Source: Squalus acanthias (lineage: Eukaryota). Taken from it: a DNA stretch of 64,000 nt. The stretch spans positions 52,578,001 through 52,642,000 of the forward strand of contig CM059438.1 in assembly GCA_030390025.1 (NCBI GenBank), given 5' to 3'. Shown here piece by piece: positions 50,560 to 62,149 of the stretch (positions are counted from its first letter, which is position 1; the number at the start of each line of letters is the position of its first letter). The translations under genes were made by a program, and so were the position numbers. The notes beneath the pieces are model-generated. The model saw only the letters and a program-made list of their open reading frames with translations, was not told the DNA's origin and searched no databases.

Positions 50560-52058
50560 GGATCAGTCACATTCCCAGGAATATATTACAGACTGCTGAA
50601 CAATGCAATGGAAGTGCAGGAGGAAATTTGTAGAGAACTTAGAGAGGTGTGTATTAATAATTATCATTTTAGCAGAATTCAATTATTGAAAATCAACAGG
50701 GAAAATATTTGTGGTGACAAAGAGGAGCTTTTTTTGTAGTGCATTCAGGACTGTTGTCTCCATCAGTACATTGCTACTACAACCAGGAAGGAAGCACTAC
50801 CTGATCTGGTTCTGGGTAACGAAGCAGAGCAAGTAGGTAGAACAAAATTTGGAAAGCAGTGACCATGACATAATCAGGTTCAGTGTAGTGTGGAGCCCAA
50901 AAGCACATAGAACTCCAACTGTGGTCTTATTAAGGTTTTATATAGGTTCACCATTGCATGGTGACTTTTATATTCTATAATATCCATTATTCTGTTAACC
51001 TTTTCTTTGGCCTTATCCACTTGAGATGGTACTTTTAATGTTGTAAAGTTGAGCCGCCAAATCCCTCTGATGTTCCACACCATCCAGTTTCCCCCCATTC
51101 AGCAGATAATGTACCATCTCACATTTGCTGACATTGAATTCCATCTGCCACTTTTTTGTCCATTCCACCATCTTATCAATATCCCATTGCAATTTCCTTT
51201 GGCCTTCAGAATTATTTACTATGCTTCCTGTTTTAATATCATCTGCAAATTTGGGCACCACTCCCACTAGCCTGATATCCAAATCATTGATGTATACAGT
51301 GAACAGAAACAGTTCCAGAACAGAATCCTATGGGGCACCAAAACCTACTTCCAACCACTCTGAGAAACTGCCCTAAACTCCTACTCTTCCTCTCTTCTAA
51401 ATAGTTTTTAATCCAATTTTCTACCCTCCCCCAAATTCCATACCCATTAATCTTCTCCAGTAGTCTCCTGTGTGGTACCTTGTTAAAGGTTTCTGAAAGC
51501 CCATGTACTCTACGTTAACTGAATTTCTCCCGTCCATCATATCTGTCACCTGCTCAAAGCATTCTATCAGGATTGTCAAGCATGGTGTTCCTTTACACGC
51601 TAGAGTAATGCGTAATCTTTTGGCACCCCATTATAGGAAGCATATAAAAGCAATGGAAAAGCTGCAGTGCATATTTACTAGGATGTTACCAGGATTCAAG
51701 AGTTACAGTTATGCAGAGACCTGAGAAGTTAGGGCGATTTTTAGTAGAACTGAAAAGATAGAGGGGTGACCTGATAAAGATCTTCAGGATTATGAAGGAT
51801 AATGATAGGGTAAATAGCAATATTTAAATTGGGTGACCTCCGCCCACCAACCCCATGAATTTTGGAAGGGTCATGGGCAGGTGCATCCTGACACTTAGAT
51901 TTACACCAGGGCGCTGCAGTCCCAGATATTTTCCCTAAGATAGTTGCTTGAAAAAAAGGAATATTAAAGGCCAGGAGGAGTTTAGTCTAGGTAACTCGTG
52001 GAGAAAACCACTAACATAGACTTGATCTGCTTCTGTGCTGTTACATTCTATGATTCCA
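50560..52058. mobile_element. Degraded CR1 cluster: EN piece (+), RT piece (-, 50880-51590), 3' piece (+, 51615-52058)
   Basis: KFADDIK, WQMEFNVSKC, LIRPQLE on -; APHYRK..FTRMLPG and ttctatgattc tail on +. Confidence 0.7.
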
Positions 52059-52329
52059 GAACTAGAAAATAAGGGTGCTCTAAAACTGCAATAATGAATT
52101 TTGTAACTATTCTCAATACAATTACAGAGCCAGAGTTCAAAGAATTAATTTGCTTTAACATCAGACAAGTGGACCAAATCAGAACATTTCAGGGTAGATT
52201 TTTTAATTTAGACTTCTGGTGCAGAGCTTCAGCCAGGAGTCAGGAATACATATCAAGGATTTGAGCGTAGAGATCAATAAGCCTGCTGGGATCTGTGCCC
52301 GAATTCCCAATATGCTCTCCCAGCAGGCA

Positions 52330-52800
52330 AACCTTTGCACCAGGCTATTCCGTCACACTCTTGACTTGAGCTGTGTAAATGTTGAAGAGTCAGTAGGTGA
52401 GCCCTTATCACAGAGCCTATGCCCTGCTCTTGTAGTCACGGTGTTGACATGGATGTTCCAAATTAAACCTCTGGCTAATGGTGAACCCCAAGATGTTGAT
52501 GATGGCAGATTCAGCAATGGTGGTGCCAGTGAAGGTCATGGGAAGATGGCTGCACTGTCTTTTGTTTGTGTTGGTCATTACTTAGTACTTATATATGGTG
52601 TGAATGTTACCTGCCACTTGTTCACCCAATCCTGGATGTTATCCAGGTCCTGCTGTAGGCCAGCATGGACTCCTTCATTATTGGAGTGGTTATGAATGGA
52701 GCTGAACACTGGAATTATCAGCAAAGGGAAGGTCATTGATGAAACAGCAAAAGATGGTTGGGCCAAGAACACTTCCCTGGGGAACTTCTGCAGTCCTTTT
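52330..52800 (-). mobile_element. Degraded fragment of the APE-RT LINE family
   Basis: [20 protein letters not shown] and LQQDLDNIQDW; similar to positions 50-120. Confidence 0.65.
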
Positions 52801-52869
52801 GGAACCAGAGTCACAAAGGGAGAATGACGCAGGCAAACATATTGGCGCTACTTTGGTAGGGATCATGTA

Positions 52870-53025
52870 CACTAACCACCTCACTAAAACATATTCTAGA
52901 CTGAGAGGGATCAGGTACACACTTAACACTCTGCTCAAATATACAGTAAACTGGCCGAAATCAGGTACTCACTTACTACCCTGCTCAAACATATAGTAAA
53001 CTGGCAAGGATGAGCTACACACTTT
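52870..53025. repeat. Imperfect tandem repeat, ~3 x 51 bp
   Basis: atcaggtac.cactta...ctgctcaaa.ata.agtaaactgg repeated. Confidence 0.6.
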
Positions 53026-53108
53026 AGTTCTTTATTGGAGGGTGGATGAACTGGTTCAGATGGAAATGTGGGGTGGGGGGCGGTGGTGGGGATGGGGGAA
53101 GGAGCAGT

Positions 53109-53910
53109 TTAGGAGAAGTGATGTTCATTGAGCTGCTGACGTATAGCTCTGGCTGCGGGCTGATGTTGGGAGGGGTATTCCTTGTCTTCTAGCAGCCAAC
53201 CTCTGGCATTTTGCTCCTTGTCAAAGAGAAGAGGAATTTTGGACTGCCGGAGGATGTAGAGCTCGTGAGAGCTGCCTGGAAACCAGACACACACAGGCAT
53301 GAACCGCTGCTGGTAATGTCATACCAGCTGGACATTAAAAGAGTGAAACCATTCGTGGTTTATGCAGGTGCCAGGCTTATTTGCAGGAGCCCTGATGGGC
53401 CTCTATGTCTACAGTCGATGGCGCCCTGCCCTTGTGGGAATCCTGAAATGGTTTCAAAACCCACAGCCCTTTCCTGCTGGCTCCAGAGATCCATGGGGAA
53501 TGAGGGGAATTCATTAGCCCTGTATATTGTATATATCTCCAGTTGCAGCCTGGAATGACCCTGATGCATTGCAGTTCAGGGCTGTGGCCACCTTAAGTGC
53601 CACAGGTAATGCAGCTGTGGTAATGGGCTGCAGCTTCTGCTGGAGCATTCTGCAGAGTTCTGATACGGCCTTTCGTGAGAAACACAATCTTCTCCTCAAT
53701 GTGGTTCAGGTAGCTCAGTCTGGTCCTGCAGACCTTATGAGCAGAGTAAGGCTCCCTGCAACAGCTCTCCTGGTTCCTGGACCCCTTGCAGGGTCAAAGG
53801 CTGCTTCCCGAGGCTCCCTTAGCTCCCCCACATGTTGCTGCTGCTACTGCTTTTGTTCCTCCGCTTTCTGCAGCCAGTCAGGGGTGGCAAGTATCACTCC
53901 CATCCTTCAG
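53109..53910 (-). pseudogene. Heavily decayed Harbinger transposase
   Basis: RRRLCFSR, ALPVALKVATALN, GFPQGQGAIDCRH, WFPGSSHELYILRQS, GWLLEDKEYP. Confidence 0.8.
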
Positions 53911-54599
53911 TAAAGCAAGCACCTCTCTGTGCTAATAGAATGGTTAAAATGCCAGAAAATGCAAAAAGAAACAGAATTTCAGCAAAAAATGTTCTCGGCA
54001 AAGCTCCTCCAAATCTCCAAATACCAATAATCTGAGTACTTGTAGATGTGTGCCCCTTTAAGTAGTGCTGGAATTGGCCGTTTCTGGCCTGTATGGCCCA
54101 ATACTACTGGGTGGGTCCAACACTGAGCATTCAACATGCTAAAGTTAATGAAAATGGCACCAGGATCCTATCGAAGTCATTGGACCCTGATTTACATACT
54201 TCATTCAGGCTCCCTCCTGTTTCAGGTGGGAGCTCTGGCTGCCTATGACTAGGCCCTGATCAAGATGTCAGCGGGCAGAACAGCAGCAGGAAGTTCTGCA
54301 CCCCCATTTTCTCACACTACCGCCCCATTCCCGCCAAAAATGGGAATGAAAACTGCTTTTTATATGTCTAAGTTTCTATTTTGTCCATTACATGACATTA
54401 TGAATTATGCTAAGTAATAATGCACAAATTTAGCTAAGAAAATCAAAGTATTAATCTGTTACTTTTAAAATTACTGTGTGCAATTTTGTAATATAAATAA
54501 GGTTTTGAAACATCAAAAGTCTTGACTTTATATGTTGCTCATTTTTGTACTTTGCAACAGACTGTTTCATATACAGTAACACTTTTATTTTATGTTCAG

Positions 54600-54847
54600 T
54601 ATGCACAGGGCCCATTGCTGAATGGACTGTACTGGACCAAGTGGTACAACAGCGATTCATTTTCACATGGACCTCATTCATTTATTTACTATGAGAATAT
54701 GCTTCTGGGTGTTCCCCGTATCCGACAGATCAAAGTAATGAACAATTCTTGTGTGGTTCACAAGGACTTTCGAAAAGACATCACTGGATGCTATGATATC
54801 TATACAACAGACAATGAAAATAAATCCCCAATCAAAAATGGAACTGC
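54600..54847 (+). CDS. PKD2L1: PKD2L1 internal coding exon (TOP domain), 248 bp
   Basis: Acceptor ttttatgttcag and donor gtgagt; [17 protein letters not shown]...[19 protein letters not shown]...SCVVHKDF...CYDIY...NGTA; phase 0 in, phase 2 out. Confidence 0.95.
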
Positions 54848-54917
54848 GTGAGTGTGGTCTTTCTACTTTAAGGATGGATTACAAACATCATCTTGACTAA
54901 TAGCTGTACTACATGTT

Positions 54918-55871
54918 GCTATACAGTGGTGTTCCCCAGGGGTCGGTACTAGGACCACTGCTTTTCTTGATATATATTAATGACTTGGACGTGGGTGTAC
55001 AGGGCACAATTTCAAAATTTGCAGGTGACACAAAACTTGGAAGTATAGTGAACAGTGAGGAGGATAGTGATAGACTTCAAGAGGACATAGACAGGCTGGT
55101 GGAATGGGCAGACACGTGGCAGATGAAATTTAACGCAGAAAAGTGCAAAGTGATACATTTTGGTAGAAAGAAAGAAGAGAGGAAATATAAACTAAAAGGT
55201 ACAATCCTAAAGGGGGTGCATGAACAGAGAGACACAGGGGTATATGTGCACAAATCGTTGAAGGTGGCAGAGCAGGTTGAGAAAGCAGTTAAAAAAGCTC
55301 ACGAATAGTAGTATAGAGTACAAAAGCGTGGAAATTAGTATAAAACACTGGTTTGGCCTCAACTGGAGTATTGTGTCCAGGGTGCAGAAAAGATTTACGA
55401 GAATGATTCCAGGGATGAGGGACTTCAGGTATGTGGATAGACTGGAGAAGCTGGGATTGTTCTCCTTAGAGCAGAGAAGATTGAGAGGAGATTTGAGAGA
55501 GGTGTTCAAAATCATGAGGAGTCCTGGACAGAGTAGATAGAGAGAAACTGTTCCCATTGGAGAAGGGTCGAGAACCAGAGGATACAGATTTAAGGTGATT
55601 GACAGAAGAACCAAAGGCGACATGAGGAAAAACTTTTTAACTCAGCGAGTGGTTAGGATCTGGAATGTACTGCCTGAAAGGGTGGTGGAGGCAGACTCAA
55701 TCACGGCTTTCAAAAGGGAGTTGGATAAGTACCTGAAGGAAAAAAATTTGCAGGGCTACGGGGAAAGGGCTGGGAGTAGGACTAGCTGAAATGCTCTTCC
55801 AGAGAGCCGGCATGGGCTCGACGGGCCGAATGGCCGCCTTCCGTGCTGTAACCATTCTATGATTCTATGAT
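54918..55871 (+). mobile_element. CR1 LINE 3' ~950 bp, ~70 bp downstream of a PKD2L1 donor site
   Basis: [30 protein letters not shown]; tail attctatgattctatga. Confidence 0.9.
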
Positions 55872-55879
55872 TGCGATTT

Positions 55880-56270
55880 TTCTCTCCCCTCACCTCTCAT
55901 GAAGGCATTTACTCCTTGCTGGGGTACATAAGCACTTGTCACCCTCCAGTGCTAAGTGGCCATTACTCATGTTTTAGCCTGAACAATGTGTACAGGAAGG
56001 ATATTTGACTGCAGGAGACATCATCGCGAAAAGCCTAGTGTGTCTTCCCCCAAAGTATACGCACATGCAATTACAGCAGGGGTTGCTGGATTTTGATTAA
56101 GACTGGAACTCTAACTGATTTTTCCCTCACTAACCTTGGAGCACTAAGATCAATCATAACTGTACTGTCACTCCAGGTGAGATCAGTTAAATCAGTGCAG
56201 ATCAGGGTTCGAACCTGGGATCTTCCCAGTCTGTATGCTTCATCATTGGATACATTTGCTGAGTAATCAG
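55880..56270 (-). mobile_element. Old tRNA-derived SINE of a different family (similar remnant at ~29990-30260)
   Basis: B-box-like ggttcgaacc near 56205 and body similarity to 30030-30250. Confidence 0.45.
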
Positions 56271-56839
56271 AAGAGTCCACATTGCCACTTTAAGGATGCA
56301 CTCCAAATAATCAATACGTCATTTAATGCGGGGGTGGTGGGGTTCTATTGTGAGACCTGTGGTGTAAAGCTTCACCTGATGAGAGATAGGGCTATAACAC
56401 CGATAGGGCTGATTCCATGACTTGCGCTCCCATCTAGGAAGGCTTCGCACCAGGAGGCTCTCCTCACAAAATTATCCCTGTAGGTTATCAGTGTAGTTAA
56501 AACACAGAACCGTCTAAGCCAACCATGGCACCAAAAATAACCTAAACTTATTCTATTAACATCTCACATATGAGCTAATAAGCAAGGCATGTTATGGCAA
56601 ATTTATCTTGATAAATTAATCAAGTCAGCAAGCATTGAAAACGGATGAGAAAGCCAGATTGCATTTGGTTTGTCAGGTTGAATTTTAGATTCAAAATAAA
56701 ATAAATGAATCATATCACTGTTAGCACCAGGCCTTTAATAGGACCAAATTATTCATAAATTACAGGAAAGCCAGACAGTTTTCCCTGACATCAGTTGATT
56801 TCCATTTTGTCCCTGGCTAGAATTTTGCTTTAGTGAGCA

Positions 56840-57128
56840 TTCCTCCAACTCTGGCCTCTTGTGCATCTGCCTCTTCCTTTGCCCCACCATTGGCAGCCAT
56901 GCCTTCAGCTGTCTAGACCCTAAGCTCTGGAATTCCCTCTCGAAGCCTCTCCTCTCCTCCTTTAAGATGCTCCTTAAAACCTACCTCTTTGACCAAGCTT
57001 TTGGTCACCTGCCCTAATGTCTCCTTCTTTGGCTAGGTGTCAATTTTTATCTGATTAAGTTCCCGTGAAACACCTTGGGACATTTTACTACTTTAAAGGT
57101 GCTATATAAATGCGAGTTGTTGTTGTTG
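56840..57128 (+). mobile_element. L2 LINE 3' end
   Basis: aagctctggaattccctc, aaaacctacctctttgaccaagctttt, (ttg)n tail. Confidence 0.8.
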
Positions 57129-57319
57129 ACTTTTTTTCTCTATTAATTTCACAATTCTTGTCCTCATCTACAAATTCCGCCACACCCTTGCTCCACCCTA
57201 CCTCTATAACCTCCTCCAACTTCATGGACCTTCCTTAGCTTTTGGTTCCTCTAACTCTGGCCTCAGTTCCACCATTGGTAGCAGAACTTTCAGTTGTATA
57301 CGAGGCAATGTAGTAGCAT

Positions 57320-58460
57320 GGTTAGCATGTTGGTTAACAGACAGGAAACAAAGGATTAGGGTTAATGAGTGTTGCTCGGACTGTAGAAGAGTTGATACTG
57401 GTGTACCCAGGGGTCAGTGCTGGGTCCACCTTTGTTCTTGCTTTGTATAATGCTTTGTACAAGACATTTTGGACTTGGGCATAGGGGACATAATGAAATT
57501 TATTGAGGAAGACTGCAAAAGATTTCAGGAAGACAGATAGGTTAGTGGATGGACAGACAGGTGACAGATATAATTTAATGTGGAGAAGTGTGAGGTAATA
57601 CATTTTAAGGGAAAAAAAATAGTAGTATACACTCAGAGGAAAAATAGCAATAGGAGTATATACTCAAAGGAAAAACAAAGAATAGGAGTATACAGTCAGG
57701 AAAATAAAGAATAAGAGTATACACTCAGGAAAAATGGAATAGGAGTATACACTCAATTGAAAGGCATTGATAGTGGATGAACAGAGAAACCTAGAGGTTC
57801 AACTACATCATTCCCAGAAAGTGCAGGCAGATGTACCATACAAAAGGCCAATAGTATTTTGGATTTTATAAAGAGAGGCATAGAGTACAAGAGCAAAGAA
57901 GTAATGATAAAGTTGTACAAGGTAATAGTTAGGCCACATTTAGAATACTGTGTGAAGTTTTAAGGGCTCCATTATAGAAAGTAGAGAGCATACAGTGTAG
58001 ATTTGCCAGAATAATGCCAGGGACTAGTTATGATGAGGGACTTGAGATACTGGGACTATTTCCACTGGAGCAGAGAAGGCTGAGGAGATTTAATCAAGGT
58101 TTTGAAAATCATGCCAGGTTTTGATAGGGTGAATAGGGAAATACTATTACCTCTGGTTGGGGAGTCAATGATGAGGGGTCATCAACTTAAAATAGGCACC
58201 AAGAGAGTGAGGAAAGAGGTGAGAAGAAGTTTATTTACATAAGGGTTGTTGGAGCGTGGAATGTTTTGTCAGAGGGACTGGTTGAGAGACTACTGCATCT
58301 TTCGAGGGAAAATTGGATAAATATTTGAAGCTGAGAAAAATACAGGGCTATGGGAGGAGAGTAGGCTGTAGGATTGGTTTGGATTGTTTTAACAAAGAGC
58401 ATGCACAGACCTGATGGGCCAAATGGCCTCTTTCAGTGCTGTAAACTTCTGTGGTTCTGT
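57320..58460 (+). mobile_element. Degraded CR1 with an internal ~28-31-bp tandem repeat (~57615-57755)
   Basis: CR1 RT C-terminal DNA motifs; aataggagtatacactc-A-rich unit about five times. Confidence 0.7.
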
Positions 58461-58683
58461 CTAGACCCCCCTCTCATCTTGTCCTTCTGTCCTGCCTTAA
58501 GAACCTTCTGAAAGCCTACCTATTCAACCAGATCTTTTGTCATTTCTCGTAACTCTCCCACTTATGTTTGGTGTCCATTTTTCCTACCTCTGTGAAGCTC
58601 CTTGAAAAGATTTCTGTGTTAAAGGCACTACATATATCAATGCAAGTCTGCTGTTGTTAATCATGAACATGGTCTTTGTGTAG

Positions 58684-58908
58684 GTGGACTTATTATTCTG
58701 AGGGAGAACTTGGAGGTTCCTCACACTGGGGTAAATTAACTGTCTACAGCGGTGGTGGTTATTACCAGGATCTCGAGACAAATATCAAAGAAAGTGCTGT
58801 AATTCTACAAGACCTGAAGGATAGCCTGTGGCTGGACAGGGGCACTCGTGCAGTTTTCATTGATTTCTCAGTGTACAATGCCAACATTAATCTCTTCTGT
58901 GTTATAAG
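58684..58908 (+). CDS. PKD2L1: PKD2L1 internal coding exon (TOP domain), 225 bp
   Basis: Acceptor ctttgtgtag and donor gtaggt; [30 protein letters not shown]...[28 protein letters not shown]; phase matches neighbouring exons. Confidence 0.95.
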
Positions 58909-59904
58909 GTAGGTCATACAGAAACCAATTTCCCCTGAGAACAGAAATCTTATACTATAACTTAGATTTAGTTACTTGAATATGTTGAAAAGTATGAAGT
59001 TTATTTCAGTCACTCAGTCTTCCTTACTTAAGTTCAAAAGTGCAATGATGCCAAGACTTTCTGTCTTGCAAGCCAATAATTGCTATATGCAAAATGTTTT
59101 CATGTAGGGATATCATATATACACATATATTTTGGTTTGTAACATGCCCAATAATTTAACAGTAATAGAGTTGTATTTTTATGTGGCTTTTAGCGCACAG
59201 GCTTCTGTTTTCAACAACAAAGAAAAGTGTGCTAAAACCCAGGCTGTGGAGTCAAGCTACATGTTGAAGCAGTAACATTTCGCATCACAGAGTGGAAGGA
59301 CACTGGTTTGATTCTCTCTCACCACTCACACCATTCAATTTAAACTTAGACCATGTTGAAGAGGGAGGCTGCAGAATGGAAAACCAGATGTGGGTGTTAT
59401 TACTGGGTCACTATCATGTGTCTGCCTGGCCTGGTCTGGAAATAGCCCTCCCACCTTCACTGAGGGAGATGAAAGATTAAAAAACTCGCTGGGGTGAAAA
59501 ATTACAGTGTATGCATAGTTGGAGAATAAAGGGGCAATTTTAAAGGGCAAGGATCTCAGAGTAGAACCTTGCTAGATTGGAGCGCAGTTCACAGATAGGG
59601 CTATATCACAGGAGGGTTGATTCTGCATCTTATGCTCCTATCTAGTGAGGCTCCATGTTAAGAGTGGAGCCTGGCTAAATAACATCACATATCGCTGCAA
59701 CAGAAACATTTTTACAAAGCATGTGAATTCACCCACATTAAGTCCATAGATTTTTGATTGAATTTGTAATAGGAACAAGGTGTGTTCATGCACTTCATTC
59801 ATATTTGGTCAAGCATTATAATGGTGGGAAATTATTTTTTAGTGAATACTTTTTACTTTATATTTGGGTAACAAGCATCAAATATGTAAAAAGTAATTCC
59901 GCTG

Positions 59905-61613
59905 TTCAAGAAAAGAGGAAGAGAGAAAACGGAACTATAGGCCAGTTCGCCAGACATCAGTAGTAGGGAAAATGCTAGAATCTATTATTAGGGACGTGGT
60001 AACAGGGCACTTATAAAATCATAATATGATTAGGCAGAGTCAACACGGTTTTATGAAAGGGAAATCATGTTTGACAAATCTATTAGAGTTTTTTGAGTGT
60101 GTAACTGACAGGGTAGATAAAGAAGAACCAGAGGATGTAGTATGTTTGGATTTTCAGAAGGCATTCGATAAGGTGCCACACAAGAGGTTGTTACACAAGA
60201 TTAGGGCTCATGGGATTGGGGATAATATACTAGCATGGATTGAGGATTGGTTAACGGACAGTAAACAGAGCGTAGGAATAAATGGGTCATTTTCGGGTTG
60301 GCAGGTTGTAACTAGTGGAGTGTCGTAAGGATCAGTGCTTGGGCCTCAGCTATTTAAAATCTATAACAATGACTTAGATGAGGGGATTGAGTGTAATATA
60401 TCCAAGTTTGCTGACGATACTAAGCTATGTGGGAAAGTAAGCTGTGAGGAGGATGCAAAGAGGTTGCAAAGGGATATAGGCAGGCTAAGTGATTGGGCAA
60501 GAAGGTGGCAGATGGAGTATAATGTGTGGAAATGTGAAATTATCCACATTGTTAGGAAGAATAGAAAAGTAGAACATTTTTTAAAAGGTGAGAGACCAGT
60601 AAATGTTGGAATTCAAAGGGATTTGGGTGTCCTTGTACACAAATCACAAAAAGTTAACATGCAAGTACAGCAAGCAATTTGGAAGGCCAATGGTATATTG
60701 GCCTTTATTGCAAGGGGGTTGGAGTACAAGAGTAGGACATCTTGCTGCAATTATATAGGGCTTTTGTGAGACCATACCTGGAGTACTGTGTACAGTTTTG
60801 GTCTCCTTACATAAGGATGAATATACTTGCCTTAGATGGAGTGCAACGAAGGTTTACTAAATTGATTCCTAGGATGAGATGGTTGTCCTGTTTAGAAGAA
60901 TGAGAGGTGATCTTATTGAAACACATAAAATTATTAGAGGGCTTGACAGGGTAGATGCTGAGAAGCTGTTTCCCCTGGCTGGAGAGTCTAGAACTAGGGG
61001 GCATAGTTTCAGGATAAGGGGTCGCCATTTAGGACTGAGATAAGGAGAAATTTCTTCACTCAAAGGGTTGTGAATCTTTGGACTTCTCTACCCCAGAGGG
61101 CTGTGGATGCTCAGTCGTTGAGTATATTTAAGACTGAAATTGATAGATATTTGGGCACTAAAGGGATATGGGGATAGGACGGGAAGGTGGAGTTGATGTA
61201 GCGATCAGTCATGATAAGAACATAAGAAATAAGAGCAGGAATCGGCCATACGGCCCTTCGAGCCTGCTCCGCCCTTCAATAAGATCATGACTGATCAGCG
61301 ACCTCAACTCCACTTTTCCGCCCGATCTCCATATCCCTTGATTCCCCTAGAGTCCAAAAATCTATCTATCTCAGCCTTGAATATACTCAAAGACTCAGCA
61401 TTCACAGTCCTCTGGGGCAGAGAATTCCAAAGATTCACAACCCTCTGAGTGAAGAAATTCTTCCTCATCTCAGTCTTAAATGGCGTAACCCTTATCTGAG
61501 ACTATGCCCCCTAGTTCTAGACACTCCAGCCAGGGGAAACAACCTCTCAGCATCTACCCTGTCAATCCCCTTCATGATCTTATTGAATAGCTCCTATTTC
61601 TTATGTTCTTATG
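59905..61613 (+). mobile_element. CR1 LINE, 5'-truncated, carrying an inverted same-family insert
   Basis: [40 protein letters not shown]; tail ttcttatgttcttatg. Confidence 0.92.
61216..61571 (-). mobile_element. Short CR1 3' fragment inserted antisense into the 3' UTR of a sister copy
   Basis: aagaacataagaa tail; flanked by the direct repeat tcatgat (61209-61215, 61572-61578). Confidence 0.85.
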
Positions 61614-61920
61614 TGAAATCTTTAACTGGTTAATCTGTGGATTTATCGACCAGTTATTGGTTTCATTCACAGAACGGAATGTGGCAAAATATAAAAGTTT
61701 GCATGGTGGGAGCACATAACAATTTCAGAGCTTGTAAATATTTAACAACATACTCACAGTCCAGGCATAAACTTTTGCCTTCAGTGCTTGCGGTGTAATA
61801 TTTTGTGTGCTGAAATTCCTGATATGCACTCCCAGTGTTCAAAGCCTTTGTGGTGGGATTGCTAAAGATTAACATTTACCCATAGTCTTTCAGTTTTTAT
61901 TATTTTATTTATTTTTAAAG

Positions 61921-62149
61921 GCTTGTAATAGAATTCCCTGCAACGGGTGGCGCAATACCTTCCTCGCAGTTCCGCACAGTGAAGCTCATCCGTTATGTCA
62001 ACAGCTGGGATTATTTTATCATAGCCTGTGAAATAATCTTCTGTGTCTTCATCCTTTACTACATTGTGGAAGAGATATTGGAACTCAGAATTCATAAACT
62101 GCAATACATCAAATGTATCTGGAATTGCTTGGACCTGGTGGTAATTCTG
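61921..62149 (+). CDS. PKD2L1: PKD2L1 internal coding exon (end of TOP, S2, start of S3), 229 bp
   Basis: Acceptor atttttaaag and donor gtaagc; [76 protein letters not shown]. Confidence 0.95.

Noticed and set aside
28335..62149. PKD2 or PKD2L2 instead of PKD2L1
   Set aside because: [34 protein letters not shown] and RTVKLIRYV match recalled PKD2L1 better. A phylogeny would confirm.
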